IMG/VR virus record: IMGVR_UViG_3300047496_000382 | Length of the DNA stretch: 64,000 nucleotides | Source: a virus | Strand: one strand, 5' to 3' | Shown: piece by piece, positions 54,437-64,000 of the stretch | Layout: each line of letters opens with the position of its first letter | How positions within the stretch are numbered: the first letter of the stretch is position 1 | The notes under the pieces: generated by a model | Seen by the model: only the letters and a program-made list of their open reading frames with translations | Databases searched by the model: none | Told to the model about the DNA's origin: nothing | Program-made: the position numbers and the translations under genes

Positions 54437-57400
54437 TCAAAGGCTCCTGTACGCGCAGTACGTGCCTGCGGGAAGTGCGGTGTCGTACGCCCAAGAGACG
54501 GCCTGCCCGAGCGAGACCAGAACGCTGTTGAAGAAGACATCGAGCGCGTTGCCGGTGCTGGACCGGATGAACGCCGTGAGGATGTCGCCACCAAGGACTG
54601 GGATGGCAGCTCCGACTGCCGTGGTGAAGCCGCCCGTGTTCAGCGTGAAGGGCGTCGTCGAGACCAACACGTCGTTCTGGTAGATGTCGAGGAAGTACGT
54701 GTTCGGAGTACCTTCATCATCCGCGTTGAGCGCGAGCTGGATGGTGTTGATGGTACCAGGAGCACCGACAGTCACCGGGTCACCGACTTGAAGACCGGGT
54801 GCTGCCGGAACACTCAACACATCCCCCACGGAGAACTCCGCGTCATCGCCCGTGAAGACAGGCTCATCGAACTGGAAGATGGAGTCCATCGTCGGCAGGG
54901 TTGGTGCGATGAAGGTCGTGCAGAGCGTGGCGTAGGCGTCCTCCTCGGGACAGAGGAGCTCCTTGTCGTAGGCCCAGATGATGGGATTCTGCGGCGTCGG
55001 GTAGACCGGCACGATGTCGGGGGCTGCTCCGCCGTCGAAGCGGTTCCACCATCCACCGCCACCGGCGCGCGGCTGGTCGAACATCGTCGACGTGCCCCCG
55101 AGGCACGGCGTGTCGTTGAGGAGCAGCGTGCCGCCGAGGTCAACTTCATCACTCACAGAAACGTCAGAAGGGTCGACCTGCGCGCGCACGACGAAGAGCG
55201 GGTACGTGTACGTCGGCTTGATGCGCAGCACGAAGCTCTGGGCGAAGAGCAGCGCATTGAGGTTGAAGGCAGCGCTGTCGACACGCACCAGGAACTTGAA
55301 GAACTTCTCGACCTCGAGCATCGCACCCTGCTCGAGATAGCCCTGAAACCACGTCGGGTTCTTGATGTAGTCAAGCACCTCGACACCTGTGACCAACGGA
55401 GCGAACTGCTCCACCGTATCGCCCACGACGTAGGGCAACGAGGTCGTCGGATTCACCTCGAGCGACAGCGACGCGGGATACATGTACGAACGTACGATTT
55501 CTGGACGTGCGATGTCGCGTACGAGAATGCGCCCGTTGGTTGTCGAGAAGTCATCACGTAGCTCAATGATGGTGCCACGCTCCTCCGCGAAGGGCAGCCC
55601 AAGAAGAATCTGCGTTCCGGCACGCAAGTTGAAGACAGTCGGACCGTTGAAGTAGGCGTACCAGAGTCCTTGGACTGACGAGAGGTAGTCGATGTTCGAC
55701 GGAAGCTGCGCAAGGTCGTCGAGAGTGAAGCTCGCCGGAATGCCGAAATTCCCCTCAATGCTCGGACGGTTGTCCAGGTACGAGAACTCAGCCCAGAGCA
55801 TCGGCGGTGGCTTCAAACCTTCCCAAACATCAGGACCGCCAGTCGAGCTCACGACAAGGCGCAGACACGGCAAAGAGCGGAACGTTTCGATGAAATAGTC
55901 AACATTTCGTCGAAGCGTGCGCGTGTCATCCGTCTGGTCGATGAGCTCCTGCAACAACGGAACATCAAGGATGAGTGGGTCGATGGGGATATACTTCCTA
56001 CGCGTGACACTCTGGAGGTAGACCCCGTAGCGCGTCGGCTGCGTTAGGTAGAGCGCGACGAGTGTGGTGTCCGCCAGCAGTGTTCCCGGACTCGAAGGCG
56101 CGGCACCGTAGGTCTGGGCGTCGAAGGTGACTACTGCCTGCGACTGCAGGTCAATGACCTCGTACGTTGTGACATCGTTGATGGAGACCAGGCCGTTGTA
56201 GAAGTCGAGGTCTGGGGACGTGACCTGCCCCGGAATCACCCAGTTCGGGCTCGCAGGGACCGGGAGGTCATCGAGCAGCGTGACGCGCGTCGAGAGCAAC
56301 GTGTCTGTCGGGTCCGTGACGATGTTCGCGATGCGGTACGCGACGCCGTCGACGCAGAGGAAATCGCCCGTGCCGAGGTCGTACTGCGCGAGGCTTCGGT
56401 CGACACGATACGTGCGCACACCCAGAGCGACGCCACCGGCGCCCGCAAGAGGCCCGTTCGCCGTGCCAGCTACCCATGCCGACGTCGCCGTTGTCGTCGA
56501 AAGCACGGTGATTGAGAAGGGCGCGTCGATGCGCACCTGCGCCTGTCCTGTGCTGTCCGGAAGCAAGCGAACAACGATGCGCGGGTCGATGGCCGCGAGT
56601 GCCGAGACGAGCACGCCCTGCATCTCCGTCGGCGTGTAGAGCCCCGCGGGCGGACCTGAGAAGTTGATGACCGTAGGCGCGCCGCGCGTTCCGAGCTGCA
56701 AGTCGAGATGCTGGCCGCCAATGCCGTAGGTCACAGCGCGTCGCGACTCGAGCCCGCCGTAGACAGAATAGACCGTCGTCAGCTCGACCTGTGTGGTGTC
56801 CTCTACGAGCAGGGGGTCGTAGTGCAGCCACTTGCGCTGGAAGGTGCGCTGGATGTCGCGGAGGCTCTTCGAGTACTCGACCTGCCACAGCCGCAGCAGC
56901 TCGGCAGCAGTCACCTGCGCAAGGCTGCCCCAGAAGACCTCGATGCGCTCTGGGTCCTCGAGAAGGCGCCAGAAGTCGGAGAGGTAGTTCCAGATGAACG
57001 AGAGGTCTGGCGTGCAGCCGCGCGAGACTGCAGAGTCAACAACATTGGCAATGACGAAGGCAGGTTCCGAGAAGAGTCCGCCAGCCTGCACGATGAGCTG
57101 GAAACGAAAGATGCCCAGCACATCCGGATAGAACGTGGGCTTCGCCGTCGTCGGAGCATCCAGACCGTTCTGTCTCAAATAGATGAAGGACCCGTTTGTG
57201 ACGTCGTCGGGGAGGTCGTAGCCGTTCACCCGTACGAAGAAGCCGTTTCCATCCGTGCCCGTGCCTGTGATGACGAAGGGGGCACCAAGCAATGTGAGCA
57301 CATCGCCGGCGGCAATCGGCTCCACAGCATTCAACGTTTGCAGGCTCGCGGAGTAGAGGCGGTCGGTGAAGCCTGTGGGAAGGGGCAGTGGGTAGGTGTA

Positions 57401-58336
57401 CCCGTCAGACTCTTCGAAGACGAACTGACTCGTGCTAGGCCCGCCGATGAGTAACCACTGGTAGAGCAGCGCGCCCCCTTGCGGGTCGAAGCTCTTGGAG
57501 CCATCGAGCTCGAGGATGCTGCAGAATTGAAGTGCCTGGTCGTTGCCTGCGTCCGCGCGCGGTGGATACGCAGGGATGATGGCCCCTGTGCCGAGACAAA
57601 TGCTGCTGATGGATGCAAGCACTGGCGCGTGAACACCGCGCGCAAGAATCTGCGTCTCATTCGGCGGCACCTGCGCGGCGCTTGAAGAAGGAATCGAGGG
57701 CAGGACGTAGCGAAGCTGGTGGCCGACGCTCAGCAAGTCCGCCGTCTTGGTGACGTAGACGTAGACGACGCCGGTGGCGAAGCTGACCGCGATACGGACC
57801 GTCCAGAAGTCAGTTTCGCTGACCAGCAGCTGACTGTTCGGCAACGCCTGCAGAGGCGTATCGAGAACAAGATTCCCGCCCTCAACGTGCACCGAGCCTG
57901 TGTACGCCAGCCCTGCTTTCGAGAAGAACAAGCCGGCGCAGGCACCTGCGGAACTTGAAGCACCGAAGTAGATATGGTCGGTGATGATGTTGCTGAAGTT
58001 CGCAGGCAGCTCTGACGTCTGCACCGTGAACTCGAGCGTGAAAGAGTCGGGGACATCAACGCTGATGACCACCTGCGCCTGCGTCGATGGGAGAGACCCG
58101 CCACTACCCACGTCCTGATTCATCGTCAGGCCGTCAATGGGGTAGTGCAGTGGGTCGCCCACGGCGTCCACTTCTGGATGAGTCAACAGCTGTGCGATGG
58201 GTCCACAAGGACCGACGCAGTACACGTCGAAGGGAGGAACGGCGGGAAGGGGACCGCCACCTGCAGGAAGCACAACGCCTCCCCACGGCAGCAGTCCCCA
58301 GCTCCCCGACCCCCAACCCGCGAGAGTGCAGTCCAT
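54437..58336 (-). CDS. Large baseplate/structural protein (lectin-like, PKD/Ig-like and wedge-like regions)
   Basis: 1299 aa; PRADAGNDQ...LDGSKSFDPQG..LYQW (PKD-like); C-terminal GLWYAYFNGPT..LRAG..ILLGLP region resembles wedge proteins. Confidence 0.6.
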   Translation of the reverse strand: MDCTLAGWGSGSWGLLPWGGVVLPAGGGPLPAVPPFDVYCVGPCGPIAQLLTHPEVDAVGDPLHYPIDGLTMNQDVGSGGSLPSTQAQVVISVDVPDSFTLEFTVQTSELPANFSNIITDHIYFGASSSAGACAGLFFSKAGLAYTGSVHVEGGNLVLDTPLQALPNSQLLVSETDFWTVRIAVSFATGVVYVYVTKTADLLSVGHQLRYVLPSIPSSSAAQVPPNETQILARGVHAPVLASISSICLGTGAIIPAYPPRADAGNDQALQFCSILELDGSKSFDPQGGALLYQWLLIGGPSTSQFVFEESDGYTYPLPLPTGFTDRLYSASLQTLNAVEPIAAGDVLTLLGAPFVITGTGTDGNGFFVRVNGYDLPDDVTNGSFIYLRQNGLDAPTTAKPTFYPDVLGIFRFQLIVQAGGLFSEPAFVIANVVDSAVSRGCTPDLSFIWNYLSDFWRLLEDPERIEVFWGSLAQVTAAELLRLWQVEYSKSLRDIQRTFQRKWLHYDPLLVEDTTQVELTTVYSVYGGLESRRAVTYGIGGQHLDLQLGTRGAPTVINFSGPPAGLYTPTEMQGVLVSALAAIDPRIVVRLLPDSTGQAQVRIDAPFSITVLSTTTATSAWVAGTANGPLAGAGGVALGVRTYRVDRSLAQYDLGTGDFLCVDGVAYRIANIVTDPTDTLLSTRVTLLDDLPVPASPNWVIPGQVTSPDLDFYNGLVSINDVTTYEVIDLQSQAVVTFDAQTYGAAPSSPGTLLADTTLVALYLTQPTRYGVYLQSVTRRKYIPIDPLILDVPLLQELIDQTDDTRTLRRNVDYFIETFRSLPCLRLVVSSTGGPDVWEGLKPPPMLWAEFSYLDNRPSIEGNFGIPASFTLDDLAQLPSNIDYLSSVQGLWYAYFNGPTVFNLRAGTQILLGLPFAEERGTIIELRDDFSTTNGRILVRDIARPEIVRSYMYPASLSLEVNPTTSLPYVVGDTVEQFAPLVTGVEVLDYIKNPTWFQGYLEQGAMLEVEKFFKFLVRVDSAAFNLNALLFAQSFVLRIKPTYTYPLFVVRAQVDPSDVSVSDEVDLGGTLLLNDTPCLGGTSTMFDQPRAGGGGWWNRFDGGAAPDIVPVYPTPQNPIIWAYDKELLCPEEDAYATLCTTFIAPTLPTMDSIFQFDEPVFTGDDAEFSVGDVLSVPAAPGLQVGDPVTVGAPGTINTIQLALNADDEGTPNTYFLDIYQNDVLVSTTPFTLNTGGFTTAVGAAIPVLGGDILTAFIRSSTGNALDVFFNSVLVSLGQAVSWAYDTALPAGTYCAYRSL

Positions 58337-58355
58337 CAGCTGCGACTATCGCACA

Positions 58356-58718
58356 TCAAGCACGGGCGTTCAGGAAAGTCTGAATCCCCATCAATCGCGC
58401 GAGAACAAGCGCGAGGTCCGCAGGGACTGCTGCACCTGTCACGCCGTAGGCGTCGAGAGAAACCGCCTGCGAGAGTTGCGCGGAGGTCAACTTGGCGACA
58501 CCGAACGTCGTCGCGAGGTCTGCGTTCGACAGCTGCTTTGCAAGCGCGTACACGGCGGTCGCCTTGCTGACGATGAGCGCGCGCGCCGATGCCTTGTCGG
58601 CGTCAGACGTGCACGAGGTGTAGAGCGCCTGCGCTTGTGCAAGCTGATTGCGCAGGGCGCCGAGCGATGCTTGAGAGGAAGGTTGCGAGGGCGTTGCGAA
58701 GTTCGGGGGTGCAGACAT
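58356..58718 (-). CDS. Hypothetical Ala-rich helical protein
   Basis: 120 aa with RBS AAGGAG. Confidence 0.55.
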   Translation of the reverse strand: MSAPPNFATPSQPSSQASLGALRNQLAQAQALYTSCTSDADKASARALIVSKATAVYALAKQLSNADLATTFGVAKLTSAQLSQAVSLDAYGVTGAAVPADLALVLARLMGIQTFLNARA

Positions 58719-58733
58719 GGCGTTCTCCTTGTA

Positions 58734-61700
58734 TCAACCGAGGTCACGAAGGATGGGAAATGTGCCGGGGCCGGCGGGGTCGGTGTGTTGAATCAACGCT
58801 AGACCAACATGCCCCGGCGGCACAGTGAGCGGGTTTGCAGGAAAGTCGACGAAGGTGAGGGTCACGGGCAGGGCCGTTGTGTTGATGTAGTACGCGTGCC
58901 ACCCGGGAAGAACACCACCTGTCTGGTGCGGTACTTCAATGCTTGTTGCGCCGACAAGAAGAGCCGGGTCGACATCAATGGTCAGCGTGCCGACTTCAAT
59001 GCTGGCGTACGGCAACACCCATGCAGCGCCAACAAGCGCGCCACCGGCTCCACGAGAGCCGTAGTAGGAATCATCAAGACTTGAGGCTTGCACCTGCCCA
59101 GCGATGATGCGCGTAGAGCCCAACTGGGCGATGACTGCCTGGTCAGAGACCAGCTGATTTCTGCCAGGACCGAACTGGATAGCCAGAACAAAGTTCGCTG
59201 CGCCAACGCTGACACCTGGATAGCTCCCTGCGTCTGCGCCTGAGAGAAGAAGTAGGCCGTCACCCGGCAAGATGTCTGCTGCGAGGTCCTGACGGAGACC
59301 GGAGAAGTACAGCGGCGTGTCGATGCCTGCGAGCGTAGCGGACGGCCAACCCCCAGGTGCCTGGTACTGCAGCACGCGCAGGCCGTGCGCGTCGAGTCCT
59401 CCTGTGTTGAAGTCCATGACGATGCTGACGGCAGGAGGCGCGGGCCCATCACCGACGGCGATTTTCAGCGGGGCTGCGGTGACAAACGTGAAGATGGCAT
59501 TCCCGCTGAGGTCGTAAGTGGGCGCCACTACCTCGATGTCCGAACCACTTGGCTGCGCAACCGGAGCTAACACATTGGCGATGTTTTGGGGGCCTTCGCC
59601 GTAAACCAACGTCTTTGTTCCCGGCTGGACCGTGAACCACGTCCCCCCGTCAAAATCGCGAAACACCGTGATGGGCGGGTATGTCGCCGGCAGGTTCGAG
59701 GTGTCGATGACACGCAGCGACGCTGCGCCGGTGCCGAGCGGAACATACGCAGCAGTGGCACCAGTCGGGTCACTGTCTGTCAGCACCAGCACCAGCTGGT
59801 CCTGTGGAGTGGCGGAAATACCGTAGAACACGCGCGCACCGACACCCGTTGTGACACCTGCCGGGATGCCAAAGACCGGCGGCGTTACGGTCGGGAAAAC
59901 CGTGAAGAGACCGTCGCTCTCGCGATGAACCTCCGTCGCAAACACGGTGCCGACGTACAACACAGGCATCGGCGTGACGTCCCCGAACGTGGGCGGATTG
60001 TGCGGGTCAATGCCCGTATTGAACACGTACGCGAGCTCGCTACTGGCAGTGACGCCGTCGAAACCACCCAGGTCCCAGCGGTGGTGTCGAAAGCCGTTGA
60101 GCGGTGCGACGCTATTGTTCACGCCCAGCCAGATGCCGTCCTTGTACAGCGGCCAAGTAGTGTCCGGGTTGGTGAGAATACCGATGGGAGAAACCCACGA
60201 TTCACTCAGCGGTAGCCACACCATTCCGAAGAAGGTGTCGTTTGCATCCGCCACAGCGAGCACGCCGCCGTTGTAGAGAAACTGCCCATCTGCTGCACCG
60301 GAGGTGACGCAGAAGGCGCCTGCAGGCCCCCAGTAGATGCGCCCCGGCGTAAAGCCTCCAGGAAGCGCAAAGTCAAGCACCGGCGGGTTCCAGTCCACGG
60401 CCGAGTACACGTTCAAGGTCGTCAGAAATGCAGAAGGCCCCGTAAAGCCGGGACTCACGCTCTGCGAAACTTCGACATCGAGCCCATTCTCACCAGGCGA
60501 AAGAATCGTATCCTGCTGCAGGGTCAGAGGGCCGAAGCTGTACGTGGAAAGGTGCGTGGAGGAAACCGCGTAGACCGCCGTGAGGTCCTGCCCACCGAAC
60601 GCGCAAGCAGTGACGAACTCCGGAGTAGAAATCGTGTCTACGGTGGTCGTGTTGGGAACGGGGTAGTCACTCATCGTCGTGCGCATCGAATACTGCTGGA
60701 GCTCGTACGAGCCGGCGCCATTGTCGTATCCGACATAGATGGCATCCCCGTTGTTGAGATTGAACTCGGAGATGCTGGCAGGCAGACCGAACACACCGCC
60801 ACCCGAAGACACAATGCCCACCACAGCCGCCGAATTCGGGAGGTCCAGCCCCTGCGATGTGTAGTTGAACAACTGCGGCAGTGTGCGGTCTTCGATGATG
60901 AAAATCTCAGTGCCATCTGCCGACAAGGCCAGAACGCGAACTGAAAAGCTGTGGGCGATGGCCACATCCGGGGAGTACGCCGGACAGGTACGCAGTGCCT
61001 GAATCGCCGGCAAGCCGGACATCACCGTTTTGCTGATGACGCGCGGCGCACGCGTCTGGTTCGAGAAGAAGAACTTGTAGAGCGTCGGCGACGCACCCTG
61101 TGTGATGGCGTAGAAGATGCCGGATACAGACGAATCCAGCGTACGGCACATCGACGCAAAAGGCGGAAAAGGCGTCACGCTCAACGTGAGTGCTTCACCA
61201 TTCGAGGCCGTCGTGGGGTCAGGAAGTGGAACGTTCTGAAGACTCCGAACCACCGTGGCATCGGGCGAGCCTCCAGTGACATCGCCGTACGCCAGAAAGT
61301 TGAAGTACGCCGGCCGCCACTGCTTGTTGCTGAAGACGTTCTGGTCCCCAATGCGCTGCATGGGAATACCCTGCCGCGGCAGCTGCGGGTCATCTGCCAC
61401 CACGTACGTCGTGGAGTAAGCGTCACCCTCTCCTGTGACGTAGTCGTACTGGAGGTAGAAGCCGTCAGGAAGAAGTGGGTTGAACGCCGCGAATTGAATA
61501 CCGCCAGCCACGCGTGCGGGCTGCAAGCCGAAGGCAGTGTTCGTGTAGATGAGCTCGGTGTCCTCGGTAAGAACAGCCATACCCACTTCACGGTGATTGG
61601 GCCCGACCTCTGTACTAAACGCAGCGAGGGTAGAAATCGAATGCCAACCACCGACGCCATCAGCTGCGAAGAAGGTCGGAACGTCGATGGCGTCCGGAAA

Positions 61701-61736
61701 CGTCTCAATCGGCCCAGGAAGCGGGATGTTCGGCAT
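58734..61736 (-). CDS. Tail fibre/receptor-binding protein-like
   Basis: 1000 aa, beta-rich with possible propeller-like repeats; RBS GAGG; lies in the tail operon. Confidence 0.6.
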   Translation of the reverse strand: MPNIPLPGPIETFPDAIDVPTFFAADGVGGWHSISTLAAFSTEVGPNHREVGMAVLTEDTELIYTNTAFGLQPARVAGGIQFAAFNPLLPDGFYLQYDYVTGEGDAYSTTYVVADDPQLPRQGIPMQRIGDQNVFSNKQWRPAYFNFLAYGDVTGGSPDATVVRSLQNVPLPDPTTASNGEALTLSVTPFPPFASMCRTLDSSVSGIFYAITQGASPTLYKFFFSNQTRAPRVISKTVMSGLPAIQALRTCPAYSPDVAIAHSFSVRVLALSADGTEIFIIEDRTLPQLFNYTSQGLDLPNSAAVVGIVSSGGGVFGLPASISEFNLNNGDAIYVGYDNGAGSYELQQYSMRTTMSDYPVPNTTTVDTISTPEFVTACAFGGQDLTAVYAVSSTHLSTYSFGPLTLQQDTILSPGENGLDVEVSQSVSPGFTGPSAFLTTLNVYSAVDWNPPVLDFALPGGFTPGRIYWGPAGAFCVTSGAADGQFLYNGGVLAVADANDTFFGMVWLPLSESWVSPIGILTNPDTTWPLYKDGIWLGVNNSVAPLNGFRHHRWDLGGFDGVTASSELAYVFNTGIDPHNPPTFGDVTPMPVLYVGTVFATEVHRESDGLFTVFPTVTPPVFGIPAGVTTGVGARVFYGISATPQDQLVLVLTDSDPTGATAAYVPLGTGAASLRVIDTSNLPATYPPITVFRDFDGGTWFTVQPGTKTLVYGEGPQNIANVLAPVAQPSGSDIEVVAPTYDLSGNAIFTFVTAAPLKIAVGDGPAPPAVSIVMDFNTGGLDAHGLRVLQYQAPGGWPSATLAGIDTPLYFSGLRQDLAADILPGDGLLLLSGADAGSYPGVSVGAANFVLAIQFGPGRNQLVSDQAVIAQLGSTRIIAGQVQASSLDDSYYGSRGAGGALVGAAWVLPYASIEVGTLTIDVDPALLVGATSIEVPHQTGGVLPGWHAYYINTTALPVTLTFVDFPANPLTVPPGHVGLALIQHTDPAGPGTFPILRDLG

Positions 61737-61745
61737 GGTTGTTCC

Positions 61746-62690
61746 TCACGCGCTCACAAGACGTGTCGTACCGATACTGGCGTAGCTGGTGCGCCACACA
61801 TTGCAGGGCACCGGAGTGGTGATGGGCCCGACCACGATGTTGCGCGTGACGTTAGAGGCCACCTTCGTCATGCCACCCGGAAGAATTCCAGGGCTTCCAC
61901 TGGGCGACAGAACGAACGTCGGGTCGCCCAGCGATGCGGCCAGTACGAAGAAGATGTACGCGCCTGGAGCAGTGCACACGAGCGGGTCAATCTGGATGCC
62001 GCGTCCGAGCTGGAGAGCACTTCCACCGCTCGGCTGCGCCGGGAGCGCGTCGATGAACGCCTGGTCGTAGAAGCCAGGGTCCGCCTGTACCCCCCACACT
62101 ATGTCGGCGGCGAATGAGACGCTGGTTGTTCTGCTTGCACTCGCAGCACCCTTAGTAGCCGCGAGCGTCCAGATGATGCTCGGCGTCGTCGGCGGCCACG
62201 TGCCATCAGGTGTGTACGTGTTGGGGTCTACCGCGCTGTTGTACGGAGACGCGAGCGTAGCGACGAGACCGTGCACCGAGCTAGAGAGCGTCGCTGCCGT
62301 CGGGAGGGCCGAGTAGGACGCGGAGAACGCCGGCGTGGCGATGACTGTTCCTACGCGCGCAACGAGCGGTCGCGACGGCGAAAAGCCGAAGGTGTTCACG
62401 ACGAAAGGCACAGGGAGAGCAAAGGGAGCCATCACGTGCTTCGTTCCGTCGAACTGCCAAACGTCCCCAACGTCCGGAGCGCTGAAGGATGTGGGGTCGA
62501 CCACGAGGCCACGCACTGCACGCAAACGGTTGTTCGGTCCCGACCCAACGAGCTCGACATCACCTTGGAAGGACGCGGCGCCACCGGGGCCAGGAACGAA
62601 CTCAATGACCACCGTCGACTGCGCCGGTCCGGGCCCAGGAAGACTAGGTTCGACAACGAAGACTGACCCGTCCGCGAGGTGAATCGGCAT
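61746..62690 (-). CDS. Virion structural protein (Ig-like/beta-rich)
   Basis: 314 aa rich in Pro/Thr/Gly, in the tail operon. Confidence 0.55.
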   Translation of the reverse strand: MPIHLADGSVFVVEPSLPGPGPAQSTVVIEFVPGPGGAASFQGDVELVGSGPNNRLRAVRGLVVDPTSFSAPDVGDVWQFDGTKHVMAPFALPVPFVVNTFGFSPSRPLVARVGTVIATPAFSASYSALPTAATLSSSVHGLVATLASPYNSAVDPNTYTPDGTWPPTTPSIIWTLAATKGAASASRTTSVSFAADIVWGVQADPGFYDQAFIDALPAQPSGGSALQLGRGIQIDPLVCTAPGAYIFFVLAASLGDPTFVLSPSGSPGILPGGMTKVASNVTRNIVVGPITTPVPCNVWRTSYASIGTTRLVSA

Positions 62691-62697
62691 GGCGGTC

Positions 62698-62705
62698 AGG
62701 GTAGC
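62698..62705 (-). promoter_or_regulatory. Candidate extended -10 (TG-C-TACCCT) 7 nt before an ATG (leaderless)
   Basis: TTGCTACCCT-GACCGCC-ATG with no Shine-Dalgarno sequence. Confidence 0.35.
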
Positions 62706-62733
62706 AACTTCACGGCAAGCACTCTAGGCGCCG

Positions 62734-63492
62734 TCAGAGCGGCGTACGCCACTCCGTGCCGTTGAAGCGGAACTCCGTCTTCGTCCAGGGCGTTGTGAGA
62801 ACCGTAGGCGCCGGCGCACCGTTGGTGTTGAGCGGGGCCACTCCATTCGGTCCGACCGTGACACTGTTGAGCAGCGCATCGGACCATGTCCACACGTTGA
62901 TGCCATCACCCGGCGCGGGATTCTGCGACTGTAGGATTGTGAAGGGACCGCCTCCTGGGGCGAAGACATCGACCGTGCCGAGCCCCGAAGGCACTGTGAA
63001 CGGTGAGTCTCCCAGCGCCGGCGTAAGGCAACGATTCGATATGCCGCCCGCAAGTAGGTCGTCGATGATGGCTTCGAAGTCAGGCGCATAGCCGCGCGTA
63101 TTGCCGGCGAAGTTGTCCTCGTTCGACTGCTCACCAAAAGCAGGCAAGAGCCATCCGCGCCGGATGAGGTTGCCGAACGTGTCGTAGCGCACAGCAGCCA
63201 CGAGAATTTGGATGTTCCCCGGTCCACCGCCATTGGTGACGAGCTGGAGGCGGTACGTGCCGGGCAGGTCTGGCACCCAGTCCGTCTGTGCGAGTGTGGG
63301 AGTAAGGAGTGTCGTTGCTGAGCCCGGCGGCGCGGCCAAGAGGGTCCACGCAAACGAGGCGTTGCCCGCTGTCGTACACCGCGCTGTAGCTGTCTGCGCC
63401 AGCCACAAGTCTTTTCGTGCAACGCCGGGGCTGCCGTACGAGGGACCGCCCGGCGGCTGCACTTGGTCGATGGCGATGATGGCACCAGGCAT
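62734..63492 (-). CDS. Virion structural protein with PKD/Ig-like domain
   Basis: FAWTLLAAPPGS...WVPDLPGTYRLQLVTN; RBS GAGGAG. Confidence 0.6.
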   Translation of the reverse strand: MPGAIIAIDQVQPPGGPSYGSPGVARKDLWLAQTATARCTTAGNASFAWTLLAAPPGSATTLLTPTLAQTDWVPDLPGTYRLQLVTNGGGPGNIQILVAAVRYDTFGNLIRRGWLLPAFGEQSNEDNFAGNTRGYAPDFEAIIDDLLAGGISNRCLTPALGDSPFTVPSGLGTVDVFAPGGGPFTILQSQNPAPGDGINVWTWSDALLNSVTVGPNGVAPLNTNGAPAPTVLTTPWTKTEFRFNGTEWRTPL

Positions 63493-63531
63493 CTTCTTGT
63501 TCTCCTCTACACGCCGCCGTACTGTTTGCCC

Positions 63532-63822
63532 ATGAAGTTCATCCCGATGGACCCAGAACTCGCACGAAAGGCCATCGAAGGCTACTCAAACGTACTGCGC
63601 CCCGAGATAGAGCAGCTCGAAGCCTTCTACCGTCAGTTTCGCTGCTTGCGCTGCCGAAGCGCGTGTCAGAAGGAGCAAGCTGCAGGACACGTCTTCGACC
63701 CGACAGGAGGCATCCTGGTGCCTCGAAGTCTCCTCCGCTGCACCGTGTGTCGCTTCTTGTTTGACCCGCATACCGGCCTCGTTGTGGAAGTTGGTGAGAA
63801 GCGCGAGCCGCCTCCGCTCTAG
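63532..63822 (+). CDS. Small Zn-finger protein
   Basis: Start moved to MKFIPMD; CLRC...CTVC. Confidence 0.6.
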   Translation: MKFIPMDPELARKAIEGYSNVLRPEIEQLEAFYRQFRCLRCRSACQKEQAAGHVFDPTGGILVPRSLLRCTVCRFLFDPHTGLVVEVGEKREPPPL

Positions 63823-64000
63823 GAGATGCGTCGTGCGATGTTCAGCACGTCCGGCACAAAGGCAGCCAAGCGACCGGTATTGAGCTGGTTCTGGCTGCTC
63901 TCGATGGAGATGCTGCGGTCAGGGTTGTGAACGACGGCTACCAGCGTGATGGGGTTGTCGACCGACCGTGCGTTGTTGTTCAAGAAGATTTGCTCGAGGT
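63819..64000 (-). CDS. C-terminal end of a structural protein (5' part outside the window), possibly baseplate J-like
   Basis: Hand translation ...LEQIFLNNNARSVDNPITLVAVVHNPDRSISIESSQNQLNTGRLAAFVPDVLNIARRIS*, co-directional with the tail operon. The family call is weak. Confidence 0.4.
   Translation of the reverse strand, partial: LEQIFLNNNARSVDNPITLVAVVHNPDRSISIESSQNQLNTGRLAAFVPDVLNIARRIS

Noticed and set aside
1-64000. Host chromosome or prophage interpretation; also tRNA genes, stop-codon recoding, endolysin, sigma factor and major capsid gene
   Set aside because: No ribosomal operon around rpoBC and no integrase or att site seen. No tRNA cloverleaf was recognised, all three stop codons end genes normally, and no endolysin, sigma or capsid motif could be identified by eye; these genes may lie outside the window.

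Overview
The whole window reads as part of a large, GC-rich tailed dsDNA phage genome, probably a myovirus; no host housekeeping genes, rRNA, tRNA or CRISPR array were seen. Minus-strand blocks encode morphogenesis functions: a putative prohead protease running off the left end, terminase large subunit, probable portal, baseplate spike, baseplate/tail and fibre-like proteins, and several head-type proteins rich in a K-x-A motif. Plus-strand blocks encode a MoxR-type AAA+/VWA pair and a full replication/recombination set (SF2 helicase, family-4 UDG, DnaB, DnaG, probable SSB, PolA, HU-like, RecA, Hjc-like, Cas4-like, RusA); ThyX is on the minus strand. The standout gene is a ~2,150-aa single-chain fusion of bacterial-type RNA polymerase beta and beta' subunits, with TADFDGD at the active site, no beta' N-terminal Zn ribbon and a remodelled rifampicin pocket. 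Several signals read directly from the sequence may belong with it: a GGNATAAG motif 41-46 nt before the first gene of each non-virion unit, three terminator hairpins sharing an identical CTAGCTACT tail, and an A-F-x-D-E-L-x-[KRH]-[IL]-A peptide shared by four unrelated proteins including a SNF2 ATPase and a pyrophosphatase-like protein. My main hypothesis (inference, untested) is a virion-delivered, phage-specific transcription kit with its own promoters, terminators and capsid-loading tag. All functional calls come from motif recognition by eye; no database searches were run.
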